From assembly GCA_049644345.1 (NCBI GenBank), contig JBARRS010000116.1, positions 1-49,665 on the forward strand: a stretch of DNA of 49,665 bases, read 5' to 3'. Shown piece by piece: positions 8,701-16,535 of the stretch; the first letter of the stretch is position 1; every line of letters starts with the position of its first letter. Below the pieces are notes generated by a model. The model ran no database searches and had not been told where the DNA came from. It worked only from the letters and a program-made list of their open reading frames with translations. The position numbers and the translations under genes were made by a program. This DNA comes from Gaiellaceae bacterium. GTDB taxonomy: Bacteria > Actinomycetota > Thermoleophilia > Gaiellales > Gaiellaceae.

Positions 8701-9252
8701 GTGCGCTTCCCGCTGTTCGGTCGCTTCCGAGGGGAATCCGGCACTCAGGCGACACAGGCGTCGCCCTCCTTCGGGCGCCGCGCCCCATCGCCGGGAGCGC
8801 TCCGGCGCGAGCGACGTGCGATCCTTCGGGCGCGGGAGGAGCTGATCCGCGACGTCGGCGGGCTCGCCCTCGAGATGTACCGGCGCGACCAGTTCCGTGA
8901 GGATTTGCTCGCCGAGCGCTGCCGCGACATCGTCGATCTCGAGGTACGCCTGTCAGAGCTCGACTCGATGCTCGCGGCCGCCGCCGCAGGCCGTCGCGCC
9001 GCCGGGCGCTGCTCGTGCGGCGCACCGATCCTGTGGGGGTCCCACTTCTGCGGCAACTGCGGTCGACCGGTCGGAGCGGAGCCTGTCGTCGCCTGCAGGA
9101 GCTGCGGCCATCCGCTCCCGGCGGACGCGGAGTTCTGTCCGAGCTGCGGAACGGCGGCAGAAGAACCGCCGGCGCCGGAGGAATCCGCGAGCGGCGAGTC
9201 GGATGCGACCGTCGTCAGGCCTGGAACCGGGGCGCTGCCCTGGGAGAGCTGA
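8701..9252 (+). CDS. coiled-coil protein with two C-terminal zinc-ribbon motifs
   Basis: Track ORF 8404..9252 trimmed to GTG at 8701, which has GGGAG 5 nt upstream. CSCGAPILWGSHFCGNCG and CRSCGHPLPADAEFCPSCG are CxxC...CxxC ribbons. The part upstream of 8701 overlaps the aldehyde dehydrogenase. Confidence 0.65.
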   Translation: MRFPLFGRFRGESGTQATQASPSFGRRAPSPGALRRERRAILRAREELIRDVGGLALEMYRRDQFREDLLAERCRDIVDLEVRLSELDSMLAAAAAGRRAAGRCSCGAPILWGSHFCGNCGRPVGAEPVVACRSCGHPLPADAEFCPSCGTAAEEPPAPEESASGESDATVVRPGTGALPWES

Positions 9253-9917
9253 CGCCGCCGCCTGGGCGCGCCTGTCCTCGCTGCGGCACCGCCTACGAGC
9301 CGGGACAGGAATACTGCCTCGAGTGCGGCCTTCGGCTGCCCACTGAGCGCGGCCTGATCGCGAAGCTCGGCGCCGGCTGGCGCCGCCGACTCGCCTGGTA
9401 TCCCGGAGACTGGGTCTGGCCGGCGCTGCTCGCCGCCGTCGTCGCGGCGCTCTCGGGCGGCGGGGCGGCGGCCTGGGTAGACCGCTCGAACGAATCTGCC
9501 TCTCCGACTGTGGTCGGAACGACGAAGCCGCAACCAGTGCCGACGGCTTCGACGCCGATCGCACCGCGCCAGACGACGCCGATTGCCCCGCCGTCGCCGG
9601 GGGCAACGACGACGCCTCCCTCACCCCGGTCGGCTCCGATCTCATGGCCTGCCGGAAGAAGCGGTTGGACCGTCGTCCTCGCCTCTGTCCCCGCGACGTC
9701 GGGACGCGCGTCCGCTCTCGGGCAGGCGCAAAGGGCACTCCAGGCGGGGTTGACCCAGGTTGGGGTGCTCGACTCGTCGGGCTTCTCGAGCCTCCATCCC
9801 GGATACCTCGTCATCTTCACAGGCGTCTACGTCTCGGAAGACGACGCGCGCCGCGGCGAGTCGATCGCGCACTCCCACGGTTACCCCGCCGCTTACCGCC
9901 GTCCAATCACGCCGTAG
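9249..9917 (+). CDS. zinc-ribbon / TM / Pro-Thr linker / SPOR-like peptidoglycan-binding protein (start codon unresolved)
   Basis: Sensible protein begins about LTPPPGRACPRCGTAYEPGQEYCLECG, followed by TM WVWPALLAAVVAALSGGG, a P/T-rich linker, and then GWTVVLASVP...PGYLVIFTGVYVSEDDA...GYPAAY (SPOR-like). No ATG/GTG/TTG lies between 9033 and the ribbon. CTG codons are at 9240 and 9249. The track start at 9015 would overlap the previous gene by 238 nt in an Arg-rich frame. Confidence 0.6.
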   Translation: MTPPPGRACPRCGTAYEPGQEYCLECGLRLPTERGLIAKLGAGWRRRLAWYPGDWVWPALLAAVVAALSGGGAAAWVDRSNESASPTVVGTTKPQPVPTASTPIAPRQTTPIAPPSPGATTTPPSPRSAPISWPAGRSGWTVVLASVPATSGRASALGQAQRALQAGLTQVGVLDSSGFSSLHPGYLVIFTGVYVSEDDARRGESIAHSHGYPAAYRRPITP

Positions 9918-10061
9918 ACGTTTACTCGAGAGAAAACACGGCGCGGGACTTTGTAACAGGCGCTGGGCGTAGTAGACTGCCCGCGGCCCAGAACCGGCGA
10001 GATGGTTTTAACCCCCCGTTAACAAAGCTTTGCGGGGGATTAATAGGAGCGGTAGATACTG

Positions 10062-10514
10062 GTGACCGACCAGCGAACGCTTGAGTTGCAGGGGTTCATG
10101 TATCAGTACTCGCGAGCCATCTACCGCTCAATCAAGGACCTGATCGACCCCTATGTCGATCCGTATACGCGACTCGAGTACCGCCGCGAGGTGCTGACCG
10201 CATGCGAGCAGACGATGGAGCGGCTGGCGACCGACCCGCTGTACTTCGCCAAGCCGGAGCGGGCCCTCTTCCAGGACATCCGCCGCTATTTCCCGATCAC
10301 CTGCCAGGCGCAGGTCGCCTGGACGGTGCGGGAAGGAGTGCTCGCAGCAGTCGCCTTCGTCGAGAGCCAGATCGAGGCGGGCGCATTCGACGGCGGCGTC
10401 GCCCGCTGCCGCGCGACTACACGCAAGGGCAAGCCTTGCCAGCGCACGCCGCTGCCTGAACGGGATTACTGCCCCTCGCACCAGCATCTCGAGCGCGCCA
10501 AAGTCGCCGCATAG
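10062..10514 (+). CDS. hypothetical protein with C-terminal C-x9-C-x10-C-x2-H motif
   Basis: 150 aa. GTG at 10062 has AGGAG 12 nt upstream (an alternative ATG is at 10098). The C-terminus is CRATTRKGKPCQRTPLPERDYCPSHQH. No family recognised. Confidence 0.55.
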   Translation: MTDQRTLELQGFMYQYSRAIYRSIKDLIDPYVDPYTRLEYRREVLTACEQTMERLATDPLYFAKPERALFQDIRRYFPITCQAQVAWTVREGVLAAVAFVESQIEAGAFDGGVARCRATTRKGKPCQRTPLPERDYCPSHQHLERAKVAA

Positions 10515-10558
10515 GCTCGCCGCTCCATCACCGAATTCCAGCCCGCGCAGACTCCGCG

Positions 10559-10577
10559 GCGCAGTCTGAGACTGCGC
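10559..10577 (+). terminator. hairpin downstream of the 10062 gene (8-bp stem GCGCAGTC / GACTGCGC, loop TGA), no T-tract
   Basis: Read directly. It is preceded by a second overlapping hairpin, CCGCG(10543-47)/CGCGG(10555-59). Confidence 0.3.
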
Positions 10578-10601
10578 CGCTCCGCTTCACGCTCCGCTTC
10601 A
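10578..10601. repeat. perfect tandem 12-mer CGCTCCGCTTCA x2, 40 nt upstream of the pafBC-like start
   Basis: 10578-10589 and 10590-10601 are identical. Read directly from the sequence. Confidence 0.6.
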
Positions 10602-10640
10602 TAGAGTCGCTGAGGCAGTTCGACTAAGCTCGCTTCCATC

Positions 10641-12659
10641 GTGAGCCACGACACGGACAAGCTCATCCGGCAGCTCTCCTTGGTCGCGTTCCTCATGGCC
10701 GAGCGCCGGCCCGTCACCGCGCGCGACATCAAGGGCAGCGTTGAGGGCTACCAGGAGATGTCCGACGAGGCGTTCGCCCGGCGCTTCTATTCAGACCGGG
10801 CGGAACTGCACGCGCTGGGCGTCCCGCTCGCGTCCCAGCGCGACGAGTACACCGGCGAGGAGCTGTACACGATGCTCTCGGAGCGCTACTTCCTGCCAGA
10901 GCTCGAGCTGGAGGACGACGAGCTCGCGGCACTCCAGACCGCGCTCTACCTGCTCGAGGGCAAGTTCGCCTACGCGGAGCCGCTTCGGCTCGCGCTCCAG
11001 AACCTCGCCTTGGGCCGGCCTGGCTTCGCGGAGGCGCCGACCGACACCGCGGTGCGCGTCGAGGTGCTCGACCCCGACTACTCGCCCGAGCTCGCAGGCC
11101 GGCTGGGGAAGCTCGAGACGGCGATCTCGAAGCAGCGAACGGTCAAGTTCACGTATTGGTCGATTGCGCGGGACGAGACCGAGGAGCGGACGCTCAACCC
11201 GTACGCGCTCTTCCAGGACAACGGCGCCTGGTACGTCGTCGGCCACGACCTCGACCGCGACGACATGCGCACGTTCCGCGTCTCACGCATCCGTGGCGAG
11301 ATCCGCTTCGCAACCCGGCGCGAGCGCGATTTCCGGCTGCCGCCCGAGTTCGAGATCGACCCCTACCGGGGCCGCCCGCCGTGGCAGATCGGCGAGCTCG
11401 TAGGCGAGGCGCGGATCGAGGTCGCGGGCGACACCGCCTGGTGGGTCCAGCGCACCTACGGGCACCGCGGCCGGCTCGAGGACGGCGTCTTCGTCACCGA
11501 GTACGCGAACCTGGGCCAGCTCGCGGCATGGATCCTCCGCCAGGAGGGACGCGCGGTCCCGCAGGCGCCGCCAGAGCTGCGCCGTGAGGTCGCAGACGGC
11601 CTCGTGCGCGTGCGCGAGCGCCACGAGGGCGAGCCGCCGAAGCTGGCGAAGGAGGCGAAGCCCGAGCCGGAGGAGGACGCCGAGCGTCCCGCGGGCCCGG
11701 TCGCCCCGGAGCGCTTTGCCGTGCTCCAGGCCCTCCTCGCCTACCTGCTCGCCCGCTGCGGCGACCAGACGGAGGCGGTGATCGAGGCAAGAGAGCTCGT
11801 CGAGCGCTTCAACATCCCGTCCGACCAGCTCGAGGAGCACTTGTCACTGCTCAACCTCGTCAACTTCGGCGGCGGCTGTTACGCCGTCTACGCGGAGCTC
11901 GACGACGGGCAGGTGCGGGTCGACAAGGAGCTCTTCGGCGACACCTTCCGCGCTCCGCCGCGGCTGACGCCCCTCGAGGCGCGGGCGATCCGGCTGGCGC
12001 TCGAGTTCGTCGGGCCGATGATCGCCGCAGACGCACGCACTCCGCTCGAGCGCGTGCGGCGGAAGCTCGAGGAGACGTTCGGCGAGTTCGAGCTCGTCCA
12101 GACCCCCGAGCCTCACGTCCGGCCCGCCGAGGAGCAGCTGATCCGGACGCTCAGCGACGGGACTCGACAGCACCGTCTCGTCGAGCTCGAGTACCTGAAG
12201 GAGGCGGAGGAAGCCCCGACCGTACACCTGGTCGAGCCGTACGCGCTCGAGCGCCGCCTGCCGTACTGGTACGTCCACACCTGGGACCGAACGCGCGACG
12301 GAGAACGCTCGTTTCGCCTCGATCGGATGCGGAGCGCGCGCCTCCAGCGACAGCGGTTCGAGCCGCGTGAAGGATTTCACCCCGGCGAGCTGCACAGCGC
12401 GATAACCGCAACGATCTGGTACGACGCGGACGTCGCCCGCTGGGAGGTCGAGCGGGGCGCCCGCCCGCTCGCGGACGGCGCCGCGGTCGCCGAACGGGCG
12501 GTCGGAAGCATCGAATGGCTCGAGGGCGAGATCCTCGCGCACCGCGGGCACGCGGTCGTGGTCGAGCCCCAGGAGCTGCGAAAGCGGATTGCCGGACGGG
12601 CGCGCTCGCTCCGGCGTGAGCTGAAGCTCGCTAGGCCTCGGCCGGCAGCGAGAGCGTGA
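10641..12659 (+). CDS. pafBC: fused PafB-PafC type transcriptional regulator (two HTH-WYL-WCX modules)
   Basis: 672 aa, GTG start. Module 1: wHTH (LIRQLSLVAFLMAERRPVTARDI) and WYL (VKFTYWSIARDETEERTLNPYALFQDNGAWYVVGHDLDRDDMRTFRVSRI). Module 2: HTH (FAVLQALLAYLLA...) and WYL (LVELEYLKEAEEAPTVHLVEPYALERRLPYWYVHTWDRTRDGERSFRLDRM). Confidence 0.85.
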   Translation: MSHDTDKLIRQLSLVAFLMAERRPVTARDIKGSVEGYQEMSDEAFARRFYSDRAELHALGVPLASQRDEYTGEELYTMLSERYFLPELELEDDELAALQTALYLLEGKFAYAEPLRLALQNLALGRPGFAEAPTDTAVRVEVLDPDYSPELAGRLGKLETAISKQRTVKFTYWSIARDETEERTLNPYALFQDNGAWYVVGHDLDRDDMRTFRVSRIRGEIRFATRRERDFRLPPEFEIDPYRGRPPWQIGELVGEARIEVAGDTAWWVQRTYGHRGRLEDGVFVTEYANLGQLAAWILRQEGRAVPQAPPELRREVADGLVRVRERHEGEPPKLAKEAKPEPEEDAERPAGPVAPERFAVLQALLAYLLARCGDQTEAVIEARELVERFNIPSDQLEEHLSLLNLVNFGGGCYAVYAELDDGQVRVDKELFGDTFRAPPRLTPLEARAIRLALEFVGPMIAADARTPLERVRRKLEETFGEFELVQTPEPHVRPAEEQLIRTLSDGTRQHRLVELEYLKEAEEAPTVHLVEPYALERRLPYWYVHTWDRTRDGERSFRLDRMRSARLQRQRFEPREGFHPGELHSAITATIWYDADVARWEVERGARPLADGAAVAERAVGSIEWLEGEILAHRGHAVVVEPQELRKRIAGRARSLRRELKLARPRPAARA

Positions 12660-14427
12660 ACATCGCCCCCCGCTCGGGGACCGAGGTGACTTCGAGCGAG
12701 CCGCCGTGCGCCTCGGCGATCGACCGGGCGATGAAGAGGCCCAGTCCGGTGCCCGGCTTGGCGACCCCGGGCGCGTCGACGCGCCCGAACTTCTCGAAGA
12801 TCAGCTTCTGATCCTCCTTCGCGATTCCGGGCCCCTGATCACGGACCGCGATCAGCACCTTCGTGTCCTCCCCGTAGGCGCGAACGGCGACCTCGCCACC
12901 GACTGGCGAGTACTTGACTGCGTTGTCGATCAGGTTCGTCAGGACCTGCCGCAGGCGCGACGGGTCGCCTCGTACGACGGGGAGCGCCGGCGGCACCTCG
13001 GCCTGCACGTGAACCTCGTCCTGGGAGAGGCCGGCCGTGGCCACGGACTCGTGCACGAGCTCGCCGACGTCGACGTTCGTGAAGGTGTAGCCGAACGTCC
13101 CCGCGTCGATGCGTGACGTATCGAGGACGTCGCCGACGAGGGCGGCGAGCCGGGCCGTCTCGTCCGCGATCAAGGCGAGAAAGGCATCTCGCTGCTCGGG
13201 CGTCAGCTCGCGCCAGCGTTGCTGGAGCGTTCGGGCCGATCCGATCACGGACGCCATTGGCGTCCGCAGCTCGTGCGAGACGAGCGCGACGAAGTCCGCC
13301 CGGAGCGCCGATAGCCGGCGCAGCTCCTCGACAGTCCTCCGCTCAGACTCATACGCGCGAATGTTCTGGACGGCGCTCCCGACGAGCCGGCCGAGCAGCC
13401 CCACGAGCTCGATCTCGTCGGGCGCGAAAGAGCCGGGCTCCGCCCGGACGATCGAGACCATTCCGATCGCGCGCGGCCCGACGAGGAGCGGCGCGGCGAC
13501 CCTGCAGCGTAGGCCCAGGGCGGCGAACTCGCCCTCCTCGGGAAAGCGTTCGTCGCTCATGTCCTCGCGGTAGGCGGTCTGGGCCGAAGCAAGCACTTGC
13601 TCGAGGAGCGAGCCCGAGAACGGCCTGCTCGTCCCCGGCGGGAAGAGCTCATCCGCGCCCCTTCCGGCGACCGCCATCACCTGGGCCCGTCCGTCGTCCG
13701 AGAGCACGATCGCCATCCGCTCGAAGAGAATCACGCCGCGGAGCTCACGGATGAACGCCGCGAACGCCTCGTCGAGCTCGAGCGAGGAGTTGAGCGCGCG
13801 GGCACAGCGGCTGGCAGCGTCGAGCGCGTCGGCGCGACGGCCGAGCTCGTCGCGGAGCCCTTCTGCTTCCACCGCTCGGAGCTCGGCGACCGCCGACTGC
13901 GTCCGCAGGCGCGCAACGAGCCAGCCGACGATCGACCCTGTGAGCAGATGGATTCCTGCGGGGAACGACACCCGGTCGTCGAGGAAGCTTGGCGGGCCGA
14001 ACCTGTGCGCCCGCCACCATTCGAGGAACGTGAAGAAGGGAACGAGCGCGATCGGCATCGCGATCCCGCCGACCAGGCCGTACCGCAACGCCGCCTCGAC
14101 CACGACGAGCATCAGCGCCCAGCGCGTCGGGCTCCCGTACTCGTAGGAGAAGATCGTCGCGTAGGCGGCGATGACCGCCGTGTCGAACGCGAGTGCCGTG
14201 AAGCCGAGGATCCGAAGCTTCGCGGTGCCGAGCCACCGGCCGAGCCAGAAGATCACCGTCGCGCCGGCGCCGAACGCGGCCGTCGTGATCCACGCGTAGC
14301 GCTCGTAGCCCGGCGGATACGGCTGCGTGAACACCGTCAGCTCGAAGACCGCGAACGCAACGCCGGCGACCCGGACCCAGGCGATCCAAACCTCGACCTC
14401 GCGGAGTTGTCGGAGATCCGGGTTCAC
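12631..14427 (-). CDS. multi-TM GAF-domain sensor histidine kinase
   Basis: Track ORF 12631..15270 trimmed to GTG at 14427 (VNPDLRQLREVEVWIAWVRVAGVAFAVF...). About 6 TM helices, a GAF-like region, H-box FVALVSHELRTPMASVIG, and HATPase (LTNLIDNAVKYS, DQGPGI, GTGLGLFIA). The GTG overlaps the queG TGA (GTGA). The 3' end overlaps the convergent pafBC by 29 nt. Confidence 0.85.
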   Translation of the reverse strand: MNPDLRQLREVEVWIAWVRVAGVAFAVFELTVFTQPYPPGYERYAWITTAAFGAGATVIFWLGRWLGTAKLRILGFTALAFDTAVIAAYATIFSYEYGSPTRWALMLVVVEAALRYGLVGGIAMPIALVPFFTFLEWWRAHRFGPPSFLDDRVSFPAGIHLLTGSIVGWLVARLRTQSAVAELRAVEAEGLRDELGRRADALDAASRCARALNSSLELDEAFAAFIRELRGVILFERMAIVLSDDGRAQVMAVAGRGADELFPPGTSRPFSGSLLEQVLASAQTAYREDMSDERFPEEGEFAALGLRCRVAAPLLVGPRAIGMVSIVRAEPGSFAPDEIELVGLLGRLVGSAVQNIRAYESERRTVEELRRLSALRADFVALVSHELRTPMASVIGSARTLQQRWRELTPEQRDAFLALIADETARLAALVGDVLDTSRIDAGTFGYTFTNVDVGELVHESVATAGLSQDEVHVQAEVPPALPVVRGDPSRLRQVLTNLIDNAVKYSPVGGEVAVRAYGEDTKVLIAVRDQGPGIAKEDQKLIFEKFGRVDAPGVAKPGTGLGLFIARSIAEAHGGSLEVTSVPERGAMFTLSLPAEA

Positions 14428-15437
14428 GACAAAGGCTCCCGTTCTCGCATCCGCCCGAGCGCCCAGCCCGCGTGCTCGCGCAGCAACTCGTCGTCGGAGT
14501 CGAGGTAGCGCTCGACGGCGCCGGCCGCCGACTCGTCGCCGACGTTCCCCGCCGAGATGAGCGCGTTCCGGCGCAGATAGCGCGAATCGTTGCGGGGAAC
14601 GAACAGGCGGTCGTAGCGCCGGCCGAGCTCCGTGTCGTCCGCTTCGAGCCAATCGACGAGCGAGACATGCGGCTCGGCTCCGTCCGGAAGCGGCTCCCCG
14701 GCGCGCCGCTTCTCGATCCCCCGGTTCCAGGGACAGACGTCCTGGCAGATGTCGCAGCCGTACACCTGAGCGCCGAGCTCGGCGCGGTATTCCTCCGGGA
14801 AGGGGCTCGAAGACTGCGTCCAGTACGACAGGCAGCGAGTCGAGTCGAGCACCCCCGGCTCGTCGAGCGCGCCCGTCGGACAGGCCTCGATGCAGAGCGT
14901 GCACGAACCGCAGTCGAGCTCGAGGCGTGGCGTCGGCTCGACCTCGACGTCCGTGACCAGGGTGCCGAGCACGACCCAGGAGCCGTGCCGGCGGGTGATC
15001 ATCATCGTGTTCTTGCCGTAGAAGCCGACACCCGCACGCGCGGCCGCCTCGCGGTCGACGTGCTGGTTCTCGTCGACGAGAACGCGATAGGCGCCGCCTA
15101 GCTGACACCCCAGCTCGTCGAGCTTCTCCCGCAGGGTTGCGTACGCGTCGAACCACGTATACCGGGGCAGCCGGCCGTGGTTGGCGGGTCGTTCCGGCTC
15201 GGGCGCGTAGTAGCAGAGCGCCGCGGAGACGACGGTGCGCGCGCCGGCGACGAGCTGTTCTGGATGGCACGAGACCTCCGGTTGCGCCATCGTGAAGCGC
15301 ATGTCCGCGAACAGACCGAGGGCGGAGCGCTCGCGGATGTGCCCCTCCGTGTCCTCGTACGGCTCGGCGGGCGCGGCGCCGATCGCATCGATGTCGAGCT
15401 CCTCGGCCAGGCGCGCAAGCTCCGCCGCGGTGGTCAT
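14424..15437 (-). CDS. queG: epoxyqueuosine reductase
   Basis: Track ORF 14424..15740 trimmed to ATG at 15437 (MTTAAELARLAEELDID...). Ferredoxin-type CGSCTLCIEACP and CDICQDVCPWN clusters. C-terminal HEAT-like DDELLREHAGWALGRM. Layout is typical of QueG. Confidence 0.88.
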   Translation of the reverse strand: MTTAAELARLAEELDIDAIGAAPAEPYEDTEGHIRERSALGLFADMRFTMAQPEVSCHPEQLVAGARTVVSAALCYYAPEPERPANHGRLPRYTWFDAYATLREKLDELGCQLGGAYRVLVDENQHVDREAAARAGVGFYGKNTMMITRRHGSWVVLGTLVTDVEVEPTPRLELDCGSCTLCIEACPTGALDEPGVLDSTRCLSYWTQSSSPFPEEYRAELGAQVYGCDICQDVCPWNRGIEKRRAGEPLPDGAEPHVSLVDWLEADDTELGRRYDRLFVPRNDSRYLRRNALISAGNVGDESAAGAVERYLDSDDELLREHAGWALGRMREREPLS

Positions 15438-15455
15438 ATGGGAGATTGTGCCCGC

Positions 15456-16412
15456 ATGAAGGCGATTCGGATACACAAGGACGGGGGCCCGGAGGTGCTT
15501 CGCTACGAGGATGCGCCCGACCCTTCGCCGGCCCCCGGCGAGGTCCTGGTCGAGCTGCGCGCCGCGTCGCTGAACCACATCGATCTCTGGGTGCGCAAGG
15601 GGCAGCCTTCGGTGCCGAAGCCGCGGATCCTCGGATCGGACGGCGCCGGCGTGCGTGTGGACACCGGCGAGCGCGTCGTGATCAACCCCGGCCTCGACGG
15701 AGGCGCCCGGGTGGTCGGCGAGCACCTCGACGGGACGCACGCAGAGCTGATCGCGCTCCCGGAGGAGAACGTCTACCCGCTACCTGATTCGCTCTCGTTC
15801 GAGGAGGCCGCGGCGTTCCCGCTCGTGTTCGAGACCGCGTACCGGATGCTCGCGGCGAAGGCGGGCTTGCGCGAGGGCGAGTGGGTGCTCGTCTGGGGCA
15901 TCGGCGGCGGGGTCGGAACAGCTTCGCTCGCGCTCGCCAAGGCGCTCGGTGGACGGGTCATCGCGACCTCTTCGAGCGACGAGAAGCTCGCGCGGGCACA
16001 AGAGCTCGGCGCGGACGCCGTCATCAATCACGCCGAGGAGGACGTGGTCGCAGCGGTCAAGGAGGCGACAGGCGGCGCAGGCGCGGACGTCGTCGTCGAG
16101 CACGTCGGCGAGGCGACGTGGGCGCGCTCACTCCAGGCCGCCCGGGCCGGCGGACGAATCGTCGTCTGCGGCGCCACGAGCGGGCCGAACCCACCGGCCT
16201 CGCTGCACCGGATCTGGTGGAAGCAGCTGACGATCTACGGCTCGACGATGGGGACGCGCGAGGACTTCGAGGGTGCGTTCGAGCTGGTCAAGAGCGGCCG
16301 GGCAAAGCCGGTGATCGACGAGGTGCTCCCTTTGAGCGAAGCGCGAGCCGCCCACGAGCGCCTGGAGGCCGGCGAGCAGCTCGGGAAGATCGTGCTGCGG
16401 ATTCCGGAGTAG
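15456..16412 (+). CDS. zinc-type alcohol dehydrogenase / NADPH:quinone oxidoreductase family (MDR)
   Basis: Track ORF 15177..16412 trimmed to ATG at 15456 (MKAIRIHKDGGPEVLRYED...). An in-frame ATG at 15438 is also possible. GEVLVELRAASLNHIDLW, VWGIGGGVGTASLALAKALGGRVI nucleotide fold. Confidence 0.85.
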   Translation: MKAIRIHKDGGPEVLRYEDAPDPSPAPGEVLVELRAASLNHIDLWVRKGQPSVPKPRILGSDGAGVRVDTGERVVINPGLDGGARVVGEHLDGTHAELIALPEENVYPLPDSLSFEEAAAFPLVFETAYRMLAAKAGLREGEWVLVWGIGGGVGTASLALAKALGGRVIATSSSDEKLARAQELGADAVINHAEEDVVAAVKEATGGAGADVVVEHVGEATWARSLQAARAGGRIVVCGATSGPNPPASLHRIWWKQLTIYGSTMGTREDFEGAFELVKSGRAKPVIDEVLPLSEARAAHERLEAGEQLGKIVLRIPE

Positions 16413-16476
16413 GCGAAAGGATCCGGCGCACCGACCATCTTAGGTCGATGCAGCTGCATATATCTCTCCCCCTCGT

Positions 16477-16522
16477 GAGAGCGGCGTTCGAGCGGCGCGC
16501 AGCGCGTCGGAACGCCGCTCTC
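16477..16522. terminator. 13-bp perfect-stem hairpin between convergent genes (GAGAGCGGCGTTC ... GAACGCCGCTCTC)
   Basis: Arms at 16477-16489 and 16510-16522, with a 20-nt GC-rich interior. It lies between the dehydrogenase stop (16412) and the MFS gene stop (16536). No T-tract. Confidence 0.5.
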
Positions 16523-16535
16523 CCTCCCACCTCCT

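Noticed and set aside
9996-10061. Promoter TTGCGG-17-TAGATA (10030-10058) for the 10062 gene
   Set aside because: The -10 would end only 3 nt before the GTG at 10062 and would overlap the AGGAG that otherwise serves as SD. The two readings are mutually exclusive and cannot be resolved from sequence. I mention it only as a caveat on that gene's start (alternative ATG at 10098).
10515-10640. Mycobacterial PafBC-box (RecA-NDp, TGTCGGTG-N8-TANNNT) upstream of the pafBC-like gene
   Set aside because: The TAAGCT hexamer is present, but the 8-mer at the required distance (GCTGAGGC) does not resemble TGTCGGTG. I do not claim the motif.
14428-15270. N-terminal 281 codons of the 879-aa ORF 12631..15270 as part of the kinase
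   Set aside because: This part overlaps queG in another frame and is Arg/Ala/Gly junk. The kinase begins sensibly at GTG 14427, with TM helices and a GTGA overlap to the queG stop.
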